Shown here: positions 41,810 through 52,612 of the stretch, piece by piece | Layout: each line of letters begins with the position of its first letter | Numbering within the stretch: position 1 is the first letter of the stretch | Source of the DNA: an uncultured delta proteobacterium | Lineage (GTDB): Bacteria; Desulfobacterota; Binatia; UBA9968 | Assembly (NCBI GenBank): GCA_963816145.1 | Contig: CAWFJP010000030.1 | Coordinates: forward strand, 556,956 to 620,955 | Reading direction: 5' to 3' | DNA length: 64,000 nt | Notes under the pieces: generated by a model | The model's input: the letters and a program-made list of their open reading frames with translations, nothing else | What the model was told of the DNA's origin: nothing | Databases searched by the model: none | Program-made: the position numbers and the translations under genes

Positions 41810-43969
41810 TCACGGCCCGAAGTCATAAGCCCCGATATCACACGTTCCGGTTGTTCGTGACTTGCCATCGAAGTCGACCGTAGCGCAGTACGTAGAATCA
41901 CCTGTACCTTTTAAGGGTGAACTGCTCAGCAGATGCAGGTCTCCCGCCTGCGCATTAACGAAACCCGCCTCGCTGCCATTGGCGGTAACGACTGCCTTGG
42001 TAATGCCAGCAGTATCACCCATCATTGATTTATAACTGTTGAGAAAATCTTTCACGCTATTGTTGCCCCAAATCCAATTGGTGTTCGGCCAGACAAAGAA
42101 CCCGTTGTGCGAGAACCTCACACCGTTCTGTGGATCCTTGGGATCTGGGTTCCACATTGTGTTCATGTTTTGTTGCGATGGATTAAGCGCTAAGTAACAG
42201 GCGTTGTTGGCAATCGTGTTATTTGGGATATGATTGATAAAGAAGCAGGCCTTATCTGACGAGTTTGGTCGAGGATAGTCAAACTGAACGATCGTGTTAT
42301 TACGGATTGTAGAATTGTTCAGATCAGAGATATTCATCCCTCGCTGATTGTTGATAAAAAGATTGTTTTCGATCAAGTAATTGGTGCCCTGCATGCCATC
42401 GAACCTGTTTTGTAGCCCGGATCCAGTATTGAAAATAAACTTGTTGCGCCTGACGGTTACGCGAGCGATAGCCGGATAGCCAGTTGCGTTGCCCAAGTAA
42501 ATTCCATGACAATGAACGTATCCGAATCCTTGGGCTGTGTGATCGGCCCAAATGTCGCTGACGCAGTTTTTGGGTCCTAAACCATTGCGTTCAAACGTGT
42601 TGCCTTCAAACAGAAGATCTGGGACACCATTGGCATAGACCCCCATGAAACTCGCATCGTGAATCCAATTATTGCGAATCGTGATATGTCCAGCTTTTTG
42701 TATGCTCGCATACTGACCGTAGTCATGATACATGGTAAGGATATTATCGGCTTGAGTAAGTTCGAATCCTTCAACTAGAATCCATTCGCCATAGATCATC
42801 AAGTTGCCATTAACTTTCGGAGAATGACCAGGGTAGTTAACTAGGGCCAAGGGCAGGTTTTGTGTGCCGCTCTTCTTAGCTAGAATTGTCAGGTTAGCGT
42901 TATAAGTTCCGGTCTTGACCTGAATTGTATCGCCCGGTTGGGATGCATCAATGGCTGCCTGAATATTACTGTACTGCCCACTACCATCTTGGCTAACGAC
43001 CAAAATACGTTGGTTCACGGGTTTGCAAGGAGCTACGGACAATCCGGTCTCACAAGTGGTGCTGGTGGTAGCTGTAAACCAAGCACTCGCCTCTTGGCTA
43101 TCGTTGTACCCGGTCAAATAAGCCTTCGCCTTGACAAGAGCGGTGTTTGTTAGTGTGAAGGCACGATTGTAACCAGTTTGCACGAGCCGCGGATCGTCAG
43201 TGCCACTGAGAGCGCGGTCGTGTTACCGAACTTCATCGAGCACGCCGGACAAAGAACAAGTTGGTACCGCGATTAGCTCCGACCTTCAATGCTTGAATGC
43301 TCCCGGCAAAAGGACGGAGGCTGACTCTTTCAAAACACCATTCACATACAGCCTTATCGCCGTTCCATCAAAGGTAGCGGTCAAGAACTGCCAGATCGGT
43401 GGTGTATCGACCAAAACACAAGAGATATGTTTTGCCCAGCGTTACTATGGCCATAGAAGCGATATTGATTGAATTGCAGCCCAACTGCTGGTTCCACCAA
43501 TATCGATTTGGAATGTATTGCTAGCCGGAGAATCGGCCGAGGCAAAAATCCCGCTCCACTCGGCCTGGTTCGTTTTATTCGCCTTGGCCCATAGAGAAAC
43601 TGAAAATGAGCCGGTCTGAGCCGCAGAACTCGCCTTTACGTAATCGTTTGCTCCGTCAAAACTCAGGCCCCCCCCAACTTTCCCTGCGGTAAAAGTAGGA
43701 CTATTGATTAACGTCCCTGTATTACCATTGCCGGAATAGTCGCTAGCGGCAATCAACGATCCCTCATCGAATTTCCAAAAAGCAGTGAGCCCGCTTGATG
43801 TTTGACCCGTGGCCAGACTAGTGACTGGGATGGCCACACTAAGCAACAGGAACACAGCTTGGAACAAAATGGCGACCGACAGCACTGTGCTCGACAGTCC
43901 TATTTTCGAAAACGAAAAGTAGGGACACGGTGAAGCAGAATTTAGTCCGCTTGCAGCGATCGAAATCAC
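41810..43969 (-). CDS. Secreted LamG-like + right-handed beta-helix protein; frameshifted between 43183 and 43445
   Basis: WKFDEGS...DYSGNGNTGTL...LSFDG.NDYV (LamG), LYVNG and GVLDEVR..RALS in other frames; beta-helix closely similar to 33830-35078; ends CDIGAYDF. Confidence 0.78.
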
Positions 43970-44009
43970 TTTTATACGATCCTAAGCTATTTATTCCGAT
44001 CGTTTTCGC

Positions 44010-44738
44010 TTAGCATGACTTGTTCAAGGGTTTGATGCTGATATCGGTCACTTCAGCCGTGCGCGGCATACTCAAGGCGGCAAGCACGATTTTGGCTAAG
44101 TCTTCCGGCTGTATCAACTGCTCCGGAATATAGGGCCGCTTCTCGATCTCATGTATCAGCGCTTGCATCGGCGTCGCAGTCCTGCCCAGAAGCACTGTCA
44201 AAACCCGCATCCCTAGCGGGTTTATTTCTTCGCGGAGACTATCCGCCATCGACTTCAGCGCATGCTTAGTCGCCGCGTACTGTACCGAATGTACCCCCGC
44301 GTGCAACAATACCACTCGGGAGTTCAAGAACACGATTTGCCCTTGATGCGATTTCAGCATCGGTAACAGCGCTTGAGTCAGTACGTAGGGAGCGCGGACG
44401 TTGATGCGATATTGCCAATCCAGGTCTTCTACCGGCGCGTCGGCAAACCATCCCCGGGCGATCGCGCCGGCACCGTGCACGACGAGGTCGACAAATCCAA
44501 ATTCCCTCTGTATCCGCTTCGCGAACTCGCTGACCGCGTCATCGTCGGTCAAATCGAGCTGGTAGGAAAACAATTGCTCACTTAATTGGCTACCCTTCGC
44601 GACGGCATCCAAACTCTCTTTGATGCGTCCCACTAGGCAGACTTTGGCGCCTACCGCCGCCAGCTCCAGAGCAATGGCTTTGCCGATGCCACTGCTCGCA
44701 CCCGTGACGACCGCGACCTGATCTAAAAAGTTAGCCAT
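44010..44738 (-). CDS. Short-chain dehydrogenase/reductase
   Basis: VTGASSGIG, YAATK. Confidence 0.92.
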   Translation of the reverse strand: MANFLDQVAVVTGASSGIGKAIALELAAVGAKVCLVGRIKESLDAVAKGSQLSEQLFSYQLDLTDDDAVSEFAKRIQREFGFVDLVVHGAGAIARGWFADAPVEDLDWQYRINVRAPYVLTQALLPMLKSHQGQIVFLNSRVVLLHAGVHSVQYAATKHALKSMADSLREEINPLGMRVLTVLLGRTATPMQALIHEIEKRPYIPEQLIQPEDLAKIVLAALSMPRTAEVTDISIKPLNKSC

Positions 44739-44761
44739 GACTTAGCTTCTTAAGGGATTTG

Positions 44762-46099
44762 CTATTCCCCTTGCGTTTCCCTTAGCAGACAGTGGTCGAC
44801 TAGCTTGTCGGCAGCATTTTTGATCGCTGCGAATTTCATCGCGGATCGTTCCGCGATGTCGAGCAACGTATACCGCCCATCGGAGCAATTGAGCACCCAC
44901 AACATGGCCAGCTCGGATTCTTTTCCGCCACTCTGGCCGCCGGTCATGCTATACAGTCCTCTCTTTCCGAGCTGGGGTTCACACTTGGGGTTTTGATTTA
45001 GATAGCGATTATTATGCTCAAGAACTTCGAAGACCGCCAGATATTTCGCCAGCGAATCAGCGAGTGATTCGGGGCGAACCAGGTCCAAGTCATCCGCCGA
45101 TGTATGGTATTGCGGATAGCGGCCGTGCGGCGTGCGCATTAGGCAGCCCACCGGGAGGTTAAAGCCCGGGGAGCAGTATTGTCGCTCATCATAACCGTAC
45201 GGAGAAAAGTCGAGAATCTCGTAGCGATCGCCCGACTGTCTCAAAACATGCTCCACCGCTCGGTCGATTTCCGCGTCGCCCCGACGTGATCTTTTGTACG
45301 TCATCGGTCCGGCATCGCCGGCGCACGCCACGACCAAGCCGTGGCGCACTCTGGCAACCCGATCTTCGTTGAGCGCGAGCCATGTGATGGGCCCGATGGC
45401 CCCAGGCACAAACAAAAACCTGTAAGAAAATCTCCGCCGTTGATTCGCGAGGACCTGTGCCAGAAAGGTTGCCACGGCAATTCCGGCGAGATTGTCATTC
45501 GCCAATGACGGATGACAGACGTGCGTCGATATCAAGATCTCCTCTTGGGTCTCGCCCTGCAGAAAACACTCGCCGAACGTTAGATGACCGTCCTCCAGGG
45601 AAGATTCGATGACGACTTCGTATTCATCTTCGCGCAATGTTTCGAATTGCCGGTGCGATAAACAGAAGCCCCACCTTTCGCTGTAATAGGAGGTCCGGTA
45701 GGGAATCCAATCGGGATGTTCCGGCGCCGTAAACAAGTGCTCTTTCAATTCAGCAAGCGACACTTTCTTCCGCACCGGCGCGCTATAGTTCAACACATGA
45801 AGATTGCAATGTTTGAAATCGATGATCTTTTCGCCTTTTGAATCTTTAATGTATGCTTCGGTGACATTCCATTCTCTCGGCACTGTCCAGTCGAACACCT
45901 GGGTTCCCGTCGGGATCTCGTGAATCTTCACCGGGATGCGCTCGGTCAATATTTTCAGTGTTTCCCGTACTCCGTTCCCCGTAATGCTGCGACAGATGGG
46001 AAACAGACGAGCGACCAGGTTGTGAAGTTCCGCACCCACGGACCGTGAGCCGGTGATTGCGTCATTTGTCATATCATTCGCGCTTTTCAAGATAGTCAT
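44762..46099 (-). CDS. DUF4910 aminopeptidase-like protein of polysaccharide loci
   Basis: LFPICRSITGNGVRETL, VFDWTVPREW, IPYRTSYY, HVCHPSLANDNL, GYDERQYCSPG, YHTSADD, PKCEPQLGKRGLY. Confidence 0.85.
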   Translation of the reverse strand: MTILKSANDMTNDAITGSRSVGAELHNLVARLFPICRSITGNGVRETLKILTERIPVKIHEIPTGTQVFDWTVPREWNVTEAYIKDSKGEKIIDFKHCNLHVLNYSAPVRKKVSLAELKEHLFTAPEHPDWIPYRTSYYSERWGFCLSHRQFETLREDEYEVVIESSLEDGHLTFGECFLQGETQEEILISTHVCHPSLANDNLAGIAVATFLAQVLANQRRRFSYRFLFVPGAIGPITWLALNEDRVARVRHGLVVACAGDAGPMTYKRSRRGDAEIDRAVEHVLRQSGDRYEILDFSPYGYDERQYCSPGFNLPVGCLMRTPHGRYPQYHTSADDLDLVRPESLADSLAKYLAVFEVLEHNNRYLNQNPKCEPQLGKRGLYSMTGGQSGGKESELAMLWVLNCSDGRYTLLDIAERSAMKFAAIKNAADKLVDHCLLRETQGE

Positions 46100-46122
46100 T
46101 GAACACACAGGTGGCGCGCGCC

Positions 46123-47385
46123 TCAGGACACGATCCTGACTTCCGGAACGGGGACGATAAATTTTCCCCCACGGCTAAGATACTCGGCTTGTTGCTGAAC
46201 AATCTCGTCGGCGAAGTTCCAGGCCAACAACAGCACGTAGTCGGGTTGATCCGCGATAAGACGTTGGGGTGGAACAACCGGAATGTGCTGGCCGGGAGTG
46301 TACAACCCCTGCTTGAGACTACTTCGGTCAGCAATGTAGGCCAGGTGTTCCGGACCAATATCGAGGTAGCTCAGTAAAGTGTTGCCCTTCGCCGGTGCGC
46401 CGTATCCGGCCAGCCTTTTTCCGGCAGCACGGAGTTCCCCTATCGTGGCGTGAAGATCGGTTTTGATCTTTCGCGTTGTTTCGGCAAAGCGCCGGTAGGT
46501 GTCGAATTGATCGATTCCCAAGGATCGTTCTTTTCGAAGCATCTCATCGACACTCGATTGCTTGTTTCCTTCTCCTTTGCGCTGAACGAACACTCGCAGT
46601 TGCCCATGGTGAATGGGCAGACGTTCAACGTGAACTACTTCCATTCCCGCATGATCGAAAAGATAAACCATCGGCCCTAATGCCCAGTAAGAAACATGCT
46701 CATGGTAAATGGTGTCAAAGGCACCTTGTTCCAAGAGGTCCACCAGATAATGTGCTTCAATAACAAACGCACCGCCGGTCGCGAGAGCGGTTTTGAGGCC
46801 GGTAATAAAATCATAAAGGTCCGGGATGTGAGGGAAAGTGTTGGTCGCGGTGATGACCTTCGCCGTGCCCCACTTTGCGACGATCTCTTTGGCCGTCGTT
46901 GCGGAGAAAAACCCTACATACCGATCGATGCCATTACCACTCGCCAACTCGGCCAAGTTAGCGGCGGGATCGACCCCAAGGACCTTCACCCCGTGGCGCT
47001 GAAAACCGCCTAGCAAAGTGCCGTCGTTACAGCCGATGTCGATGACGAGATCCTCCCCACCCAGCCGGAAACGTTCGACGACGACGTCACTGAGTTCATA
47101 TAAATGGTTCTTCAAAGTATCGGAAGCGGACGAGACATATAAATAGTCCTCGAACATCGCTTGGGGAGGCACGATATCGGTCAATTGCACGTGGCCACAT
47201 TGGTGGCAGAAACCGACGCGCAAAGGGTAGCTCGACTCTTGCGCCGCGAGATCTCCATGAGCTAAAAATTTATTGGCGAGCGCGGTATGACCGAGATCCA
47301 GAAATTGCTCCACGGTTGTCTGGCTACAGACAATGCATTTTGTCCTCAGGCTCGAGCTATTTTGAGATTCGTTAGGGTTATCCAT
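46123..47385 (-). CDS. NDP-sugar C-methyltransferase
   Basis: Zn motif CIVC...CHQCGHVQL, IDIGCNDG, DTIYHEH, HHGQLR, GYGAPAKGNTLL, LLAWNF. Confidence 0.9.
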   Translation of the reverse strand: MDNPNESQNSSSLRTKCIVCSQTTVEQFLDLGHTALANKFLAHGDLAAQESSYPLRVGFCHQCGHVQLTDIVPPQAMFEDYLYVSSASDTLKNHLYELSDVVVERFRLGGEDLVIDIGCNDGTLLGGFQRHGVKVLGVDPAANLAELASGNGIDRYVGFFSATTAKEIVAKWGTAKVITATNTFPHIPDLYDFITGLKTALATGGAFVIEAHYLVDLLEQGAFDTIYHEHVSYWALGPMVYLFDHAGMEVVHVERLPIHHGQLRVFVQRKGEGNKQSSVDEMLRKERSLGIDQFDTYRRFAETTRKIKTDLHATIGELRAAGKRLAGYGAPAKGNTLLSYLDIGPEHLAYIADRSSLKQGLYTPGQHIPVVPPQRLIADQPDYVLLLAWNFADEIVQQQAEYLSRGGKFIVPVPEVRIVS

Positions 47386-47388
47386 TCG

Positions 47389-48405
47389 TTACTCCACTAA
47401 AAGAATTTGAGATCCGTGTACTTCCGGTCCGACGGGAACGGCGGTCAAATCAGACAGGGCTGCGCAGACCGAACCCTGCCGCTCTTGAGGGACGATAAAA
47501 AGCAAAAACCCACCGCCTCCGGCGCCGCATAGTTTCCCGCCGATAGCCCCTGCCTGCAGCGCTTTTTGATACCAGCAATCGATCTGCCCAGTCGTTATGG
47601 TGCTTGCCAATTGCCGTTTCAGACGCCATCCCTCGTCCAGAATGACACCGAACGCCGTCAAGTCATGATGTCCATTGGAAAGCAGTTTTTGCAGCCGTTT
47701 CGCCTGCTCGCGCATCATGATCAAGGATTCCATTTTCTCGGCGGTATTTTTTTTCTGTTCGGTTAGAACCGAACTGCTGTCGCGCTGGTGCCCCGTCCAA
47801 AACATAAGGACCTGATCGAACAAGGCATTCACTGTACCGTTGAGCGCGCGCACCGGATCTACCGTCACGTCGCCCCCGGGCTTGAAGCAGAAGAGGTTGA
47901 GACCGCCGAATGCGGCGGCATACTGGTCTTGCTTTCCTATGGGTTCCTGAAGCACGTCTATTTCGATGTAAGATGCCTCTTCCGCCAGTTGCCCCGCCGA
48001 TACCCGTTCGCCGCGGTAGGCGTGCAGCGCGTTCAACAAACCGACGGCAAAGCTGCTCGATCCCCCCAGGCCGGTCGAGGCCGGGAGATCTCCGACGGTG
48101 CTGATATAAATTGGCGGGGCGATGTCCAAAAACTTCAGACATTCGCGGGCAATTTTATTTTCGATCTCATCGACGCGCTGGACTTGCTCGCTCTTTGAAT
48201 AGTTTAGACGAATCGCCTCGTTGAACACATCGCCGTGGCGTTTGACCGTCACATAGATGTACTTATTGATCGCAGTGCTCAGGACGTTGCCATGATCGGC
48301 CTCGTAGAACGCGGCCAGATCGGTGCCACCGCCAGCAAAACTCACTCGCAGCGGCGTCCGCGTGAGAACAAATCCGGGATTCATTGTTTTCCTGAAATCA
48401 GCCAT
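47389..48405 (-). CDS. hddA: GHMP kinase, D-glycero-D-manno-heptose-7-phosphate kinase-like
   Basis: RTPLRVSFAGGGTD, GLGGSSS, IGKQDQYAAAFGG, GGKLCGAGGGG. Confidence 0.85.
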   Translation of the reverse strand: MADFRKTMNPGFVLTRTPLRVSFAGGGTDLAAFYEADHGNVLSTAINKYIYVTVKRHGDVFNEAIRLNYSKSEQVQRVDEIENKIARECLKFLDIAPPIYISTVGDLPASTGLGGSSSFAVGLLNALHAYRGERVSAGQLAEEASYIEIDVLQEPIGKQDQYAAAFGGLNLFCFKPGGDVTVDPVRALNGTVNALFDQVLMFWTGHQRDSSSVLTEQKKNTAEKMESLIMMREQAKRLQKLLSNGHHDLTAFGVILDEGWRLKRQLASTITTGQIDCWYQKALQAGAIGGKLCGAGGGGFLLFIVPQERQGSVCAALSDLTAVPVGPEVHGSQILLVE

Positions 48406-48848
48406 GCTTAAGCGCCCAGTCATAGGGAATTTCCGAACTGGAAGGGTCCAGCCGCAAGCATTTCCTCGGGATCGTGTGGCTCCGTGGCGCAGTTTGCCAT
48501 GATAACCATCTTGTCTCCGTACGCTTTGTAGCCATTGGCGATACCCGGGGGAATTTGCACGAGACAGTAATTATCCTCGCCGAAAAATATTTCCTGCAAC
48601 TGATTCTTAGTCGGCGAATCTTTGCGAATATCGTACAAGACTAGCTTTGCCCGCCCTTGCATGACCGCGTTATTCACCGTCATGGTTTGATGAATATGCC
48701 ACGCCTTAACCGTGCCGGGCCAAGCGCAGGAAAAATAGATCTCACCGAACCGTATGAAATGCGGATCGGTGGCCTTAAGCATGTGCATGATTTTTCCTCG
48801 TTCGTCGACGATTTGACGCAACGGTACGATTTTTACACCGTCGATCAT
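48398..48848 (-). CDS. RmlC-like NDP-sugar 3,5-epimerase (cupin); frameshift near C-terminus
   Basis: MIDGVKI..L...DERG, KAWHIH, IPPGIANGY; probable true end EIPYDWALKHG* in another frame. Confidence 0.82.
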
Positions 48849-48849
48849 G

Positions 48850-49935
48850 TTAGATACCTCCCGCTGCCAGTTGCGCGGTTTCCACCTGCCAGCGCAGCGA
48901 CTGATCCAGTTGGCCGGAATCAAGCAGGTGCTGCAGCCATTTGAGGCGGGTAAATCGCTTGTCGGTGAACTGATCGTGGGTCAATCCGATTCTCTTGAAA
49001 GTATCGTATAACTCCCGTGCTCCTTGCTGCGCCGACCACAGAAAAGAAAAATTCGGAAACACCCGGGCGAACTTGCCAAAGTCCGCTTTATAGGTCCGTT
49101 GATCGGCGCCGGACTGCGCGAGCACTTCAAGTTTGCAATCCGGAACGGTTTCGGCGACGATCGCCGCCAACTCGAAAATTTGATGGTTCAAATGATTTGC
49201 GCCATTGTTGAAGGCCTGGTTCCAAACGTCGGCAAGGGGAGCTTCTAGTACGGCGAGAAAAGCTCGGGAGACGTCCTGGACATGCACGACCGGCCGCCAC
49301 GGTTTGCCGTCACTGAAAAGCGTAACCTTTCCGGTGGTCATGGCCATTCCCATCAAATCGTTTAAAACCGTGTCAAAGCGCATACGCGGTGAGACCCCGT
49401 AAACTGTCCCATTGCGCAAAAACGTCGGCGAAAAGTTATCCGAAGCCAATGCAGAAATCGCGCGTTCACTTTTAACCTTGGATCGAGCGTATTCGGTCTT
49501 GGGATCGAGCGGTGACTCTTCGGTGACGACCGCTGCTTCCGACATGCCGTACATGATGCACGACGACGAGAAGAGAAACCGGCGAACTCCGGCCTCTTTC
49601 GCAAGTTCGGCGAGTCTAACCGAGGAATGGTGATTGATTTCCTCGGTCCACTTTTCATTCATGTTGCCGATCGGATCATTGCTCAAAGCCGCCAAATGTA
49701 CGACGGCATCAAAGCCACGCAGATCGTCGATATCGACGGCGCGAATGTCTTTGCGCAGCCACGTTATCGGAGTGACGTCGGGCACGAGCGTGCACGGGCT
49801 GTAATAGCCGGTATCCAGGCCGACAACTTGGTGCCCGGCCTGGACAAAATGGGGAGCCAGAACGGACCCTATGTAACCGTTGTGACCGGTTACCAAAACA
49901 CGTTGAGCAGATTTCTTGCCATTACCATTGATCAT
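48850..49935 (-). CDS. NAD-dependent NDP-sugar epimerase/dehydratase
   Basis: VTGHNGYIG, HLAALSNDP, SSSC.MYG, YARSK, RMRFD. Confidence 0.9.
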   Translation of the reverse strand: MINGNGKKSAQRVLVTGHNGYIGSVLAPHFVQAGHQVVGLDTGYYSPCTLVPDVTPITWLRKDIRAVDIDDLRGFDAVVHLAALSNDPIGNMNEKWTEEINHHSSVRLAELAKEAGVRRFLFSSSCIMYGMSEAAVVTEESPLDPKTEYARSKVKSERAISALASDNFSPTFLRNGTVYGVSPRMRFDTVLNDLMGMAMTTGKVTLFSDGKPWRPVVHVQDVSRAFLAVLEAPLADVWNQAFNNGANHLNHQIFELAAIVAETVPDCKLEVLAQSGADQRTYKADFGKFARVFPNFSFLWSAQQGARELYDTFKRIGLTHDQFTDKRFTRLKWLQHLLDSGQLDQSLRWQVETAQLAAGGI

Positions 49936-49936
49936 T

Positions 49937-51157
49937 TTATGTCACCTTCCTTTGAATCACTTTTAGCAGTGAGTTTTCATCGTTGACCATTTCAAACAAG
50001 CAGCCGGCGGCCCGGGCCGCCTGTTCATCGCGTTCATCATCACCGATGTAAAGCGTCCGTGTGAGATCCAAATCATGCGCTTTCTGTGCCTCAAACAGCA
50101 TGCCAGGTTTCGGTTTTCGGCACGCACAACCGGCATCCCATTCATGGGGGCAGTAATAGATCGCCTCAATTTCGCCTCCGGCCTGTCTGACCTCTTCCAG
50201 CATCCGCTTGTGAATCTCACCCAAGTCGGCATCCGCCATTAGTCCGCGGCCGATTCCCGCTTGATTAGACACGATTACGGTGCGATAGCCGGCTTTAGTA
50301 AGCAGTCGCAACGCCTCTTTAGCTCCCGGCAGCCAATGAAAATCGTCCCAGGTCCGCACATACTGAGCGGGTGGCGGCTTCAAATTCAGAACTCCGTCAC
50401 GGTCGAGGATCACGGTGGGTACGCGGCTGAAGAAGGATTCCGTTAACGGCAGTCGATGCAACGCGCCAACGCTGTAGTAGCGGTGGTCGGTGCTAAAAGC
50501 CAACAACTGACGTTCCCGGGCGAGCCGGGCGTACAACGCATCTTCTACCGAAACATTGCTGTCCGGCAGCAATTCAACGAGCGCTTTATCGACCAACGCA
50601 TAGCTGATTTCGACGCCTTGCAGCGCCGGCGCCGTGCAAGTTTTGTCGTAAACCTCGACGTACCCATCCGAACCCACACGCACGCTGTTACGGGTGTAAC
50701 CGTCCTTGTTGGTATAAACCGTAATCATCGCGCGGACCGAAGACGCGACAAATCTTGCCCACATTTTGGCGAAATTCATCGGCCAGTAGTTATCGCAGTA
50801 GAGCAATAGAAAATGGCGATCCAAAAGCGGCGTGGCCTGTTTGAGACGTCGCGCGGTCTCGTCTTCAGGCGCGGTTACCGAATATTCTATTTTAACGCCC
50901 CAGTGATGACCGTCTCCGAAATAATCCTGAACAACTTCAGGAAGATATCCCAGCAACAATAATACCCTTTCGAATCCCTGATCCCGCATTTGCTCGATTT
51001 GGTAAGCCAGGAACGGATGGCCACGGATCTCGACCATCGGTTTTGGACGGGTGTCCGTCAACGGTTTGAGGCGGGTACCGCGCCCTCCGGCCAAGATAAC
51101 TGCCTGACGGGGCCGCTCGACACGTGCGGTAGCGGAATTCGGCAGAGACGCATTCAT
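49937..51157 (-). CDS. Fused sugar-1-phosphate nucleotidyltransferase (HddC-like) + heptose-bisphosphate phosphatase (GmhB-like HAD)
   Basis: ILAGGRGTRL...PKPM; LDRDGVLN, SNQAGIGRG, CPH..CACRKPKPGM, IGDD. Confidence 0.88.
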   Translation of the reverse strand: MNASLPNSATARVERPRQAVILAGGRGTRLKPLTDTRPKPMVEIRGHPFLAYQIEQMRDQGFERVLLLLGYLPEVVQDYFGDGHHWGVKIEYSVTAPEDETARRLKQATPLLDRHFLLLYCDNYWPMNFAKMWARFVASSVRAMITVYTNKDGYTRNSVRVGSDGYVEVYDKTCTAPALQGVEISYALVDKALVELLPDSNVSVEDALYARLARERQLLAFSTDHRYYSVGALHRLPLTESFFSRVPTVILDRDGVLNLKPPPAQYVRTWDDFHWLPGAKEALRLLTKAGYRTVIVSNQAGIGRGLMADADLGEIHKRMLEEVRQAGGEIEAIYYCPHEWDAGCACRKPKPGMLFEAQKAHDLDLTRTLYIGDDERDEQAARAAGCLFEMVNDENSLLKVIQRKVT

Positions 51158-51240
51158 AAAGTTTCCGTCAGCTCTAAGCTAAGCTGACCTCGGCTAAAAA
51201 GGCGATCAAGATGGTAGATTCGCCGAGACCGGAATGGATA

Positions 51241-51825
51241 CTAAATGACAAATACTATCGGCGGAGCCCGGATGTTTGTCCGGCGATATATTGAACGGCA
51301 TCGTTGACTGTTTCTCGAAAGATTCTTCTCAGTGTCGAGACTGAAGTGCGGCAATGGGATCGGAGCGTTAATCGGCTCCCTGCGCAGGAACTTTCGCCAG
51401 TGCTTTAATTTCCAGCGGTCTCTGGCTTCGCCCCTTGCACGGAGCCTGGCTTGCAACGTTTCCTCCCGGCAGAAGCAGCGGATTATGATCAACTTCGCCT
51501 GATATTTCTGTGCGAGGCCTTTGATAAAAGCGCGCCATTCCGAGGATTGCATCTCTTTAACATGTGGAACATCGAGCAAAACCGAATTGCCTATTTTCAA
51601 ATTCTCTTCACTAATCGTGTAGAGAGCTTTGTAAAATCCTGACCGCAATTTTGTATAACGCGGCCCATTTCTTGTATTCGGATAAAAAGCGTCTGCAATG
51701 AAGTTGTTGTCTAAATAGACTGCAGAAACGCGACGCAGAATTTCCTTAGCAAGATTGCTCTTTCCGGTTCCTGCGACCCCCATGACAAGAATTAAACAAG
51801 GGACCCTGGGAAAGTATCGTCGCAC
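51241..51825 (-). CDS. Small P-loop kinase (AAA_33-like)
   Basis: LILVMGVAGTGKS, SVLLD, C.EETLQARLRARG. Confidence 0.75.
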   Translation of the reverse strand: MRRYFPRVPCLILVMGVAGTGKSNLAKEILRRVSAVYLDNNFIADAFYPNTRNGPRYTKLRSGFYKALYTISEENLKIGNSVLLDVPHVKEMQSSEWRAFIKGLAQKYQAKLIIIRCFCREETLQARLRARGEARDRWKLKHWRKFLRREPINAPIPLPHFSLDTEKNLSRNSQRCRSIYRRTNIRAPPIVFVI

Positions 51826-51908
51826 CGACGTATTTCTCTAAAGTAATACTAGCACTCGTTGCCTGCTCAGAGGTCCTGCCGTTGTATTCCGCGGAAGAAT
51901 CTTGATTG

Positions 51909-52562
51909 TTATGTAAGAGCCGCACGAAGGTCTTGAATTCCAGGCGCCTCGGTTCCAGCCATCAATTGATGGGCCGTAGCCGCTTCCACTAAACAGGTCG
52001 TTATTATGTGGCAAAATAGACCGTGGATGCTCTCGACTAGCCCGTAGCTCCCCTTGGGAGTCGGTAACCAAAGATATCCGTCCACCATATTCTTGAGAAC
52101 CCCACCGTCGAAACCCAGGAAAGCCAGGGTTGTTACTCCGTGAGACCGCGCCAGTTCAACCGCTCGCACCAGGTTCGGCGAGTTGCCGCTAGCGGAAATG
52201 ACCACAAACACGTCTCTAGCTTGGGCAAAGTTTTCTAGCTGGCCTGAGAAGACGCGTTCATATCCCTCATCATTGGCCAACGCCGTGAGCCAGGACACAT
52301 TATCGTTTAGACTCATTACGCGCATCGCTTTCAAGCCGTTACACTTGGTTGCTTTGCCCAAGTCGTTGACCCAGTGAGACGCAGTAGCCGCACTGCCACC
52401 GTTGCCAGCGACGTAGATCGTCGCCCCGCTCTCCCGAGCCTCCATCAAACGCAAAACGATCTCGTCGATTGCATCCAAGTCAACTTGACGCAAGAGAACC
52501 TCAAAAGACTTCAAATAATCGGTCACTATGCGCTTGCCCAGGAAAGTCTGTCGGTTATTCAT
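51909..52562 (-). CDS. gmhA: Phosphoheptose isomerase (SIS domain)
   Basis: AGNGGSAATASH, LTALANDEGY..VF..QL, ISASGNSPN, GFDGG, ESIH. Confidence 0.85.
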   Translation of the reverse strand: MNNRQTFLGKRIVTDYLKSFEVLLRQVDLDAIDEIVLRLMEARESGATIYVAGNGGSAATASHWVNDLGKATKCNGLKAMRVMSLNDNVSWLTALANDEGYERVFSGQLENFAQARDVFVVISASGNSPNLVRAVELARSHGVTTLAFLGFDGGVLKNMVDGYLWLPTPKGSYGLVESIHGLFCHIITTCLVEAATAHQLMAGTEAPGIQDLRAALT

Positions 52563-52612
52563 TATTGCACCTCCTCTGGTTATCGAAAACTCTTCGGGTC
52601 AGCGGCTTCCGG

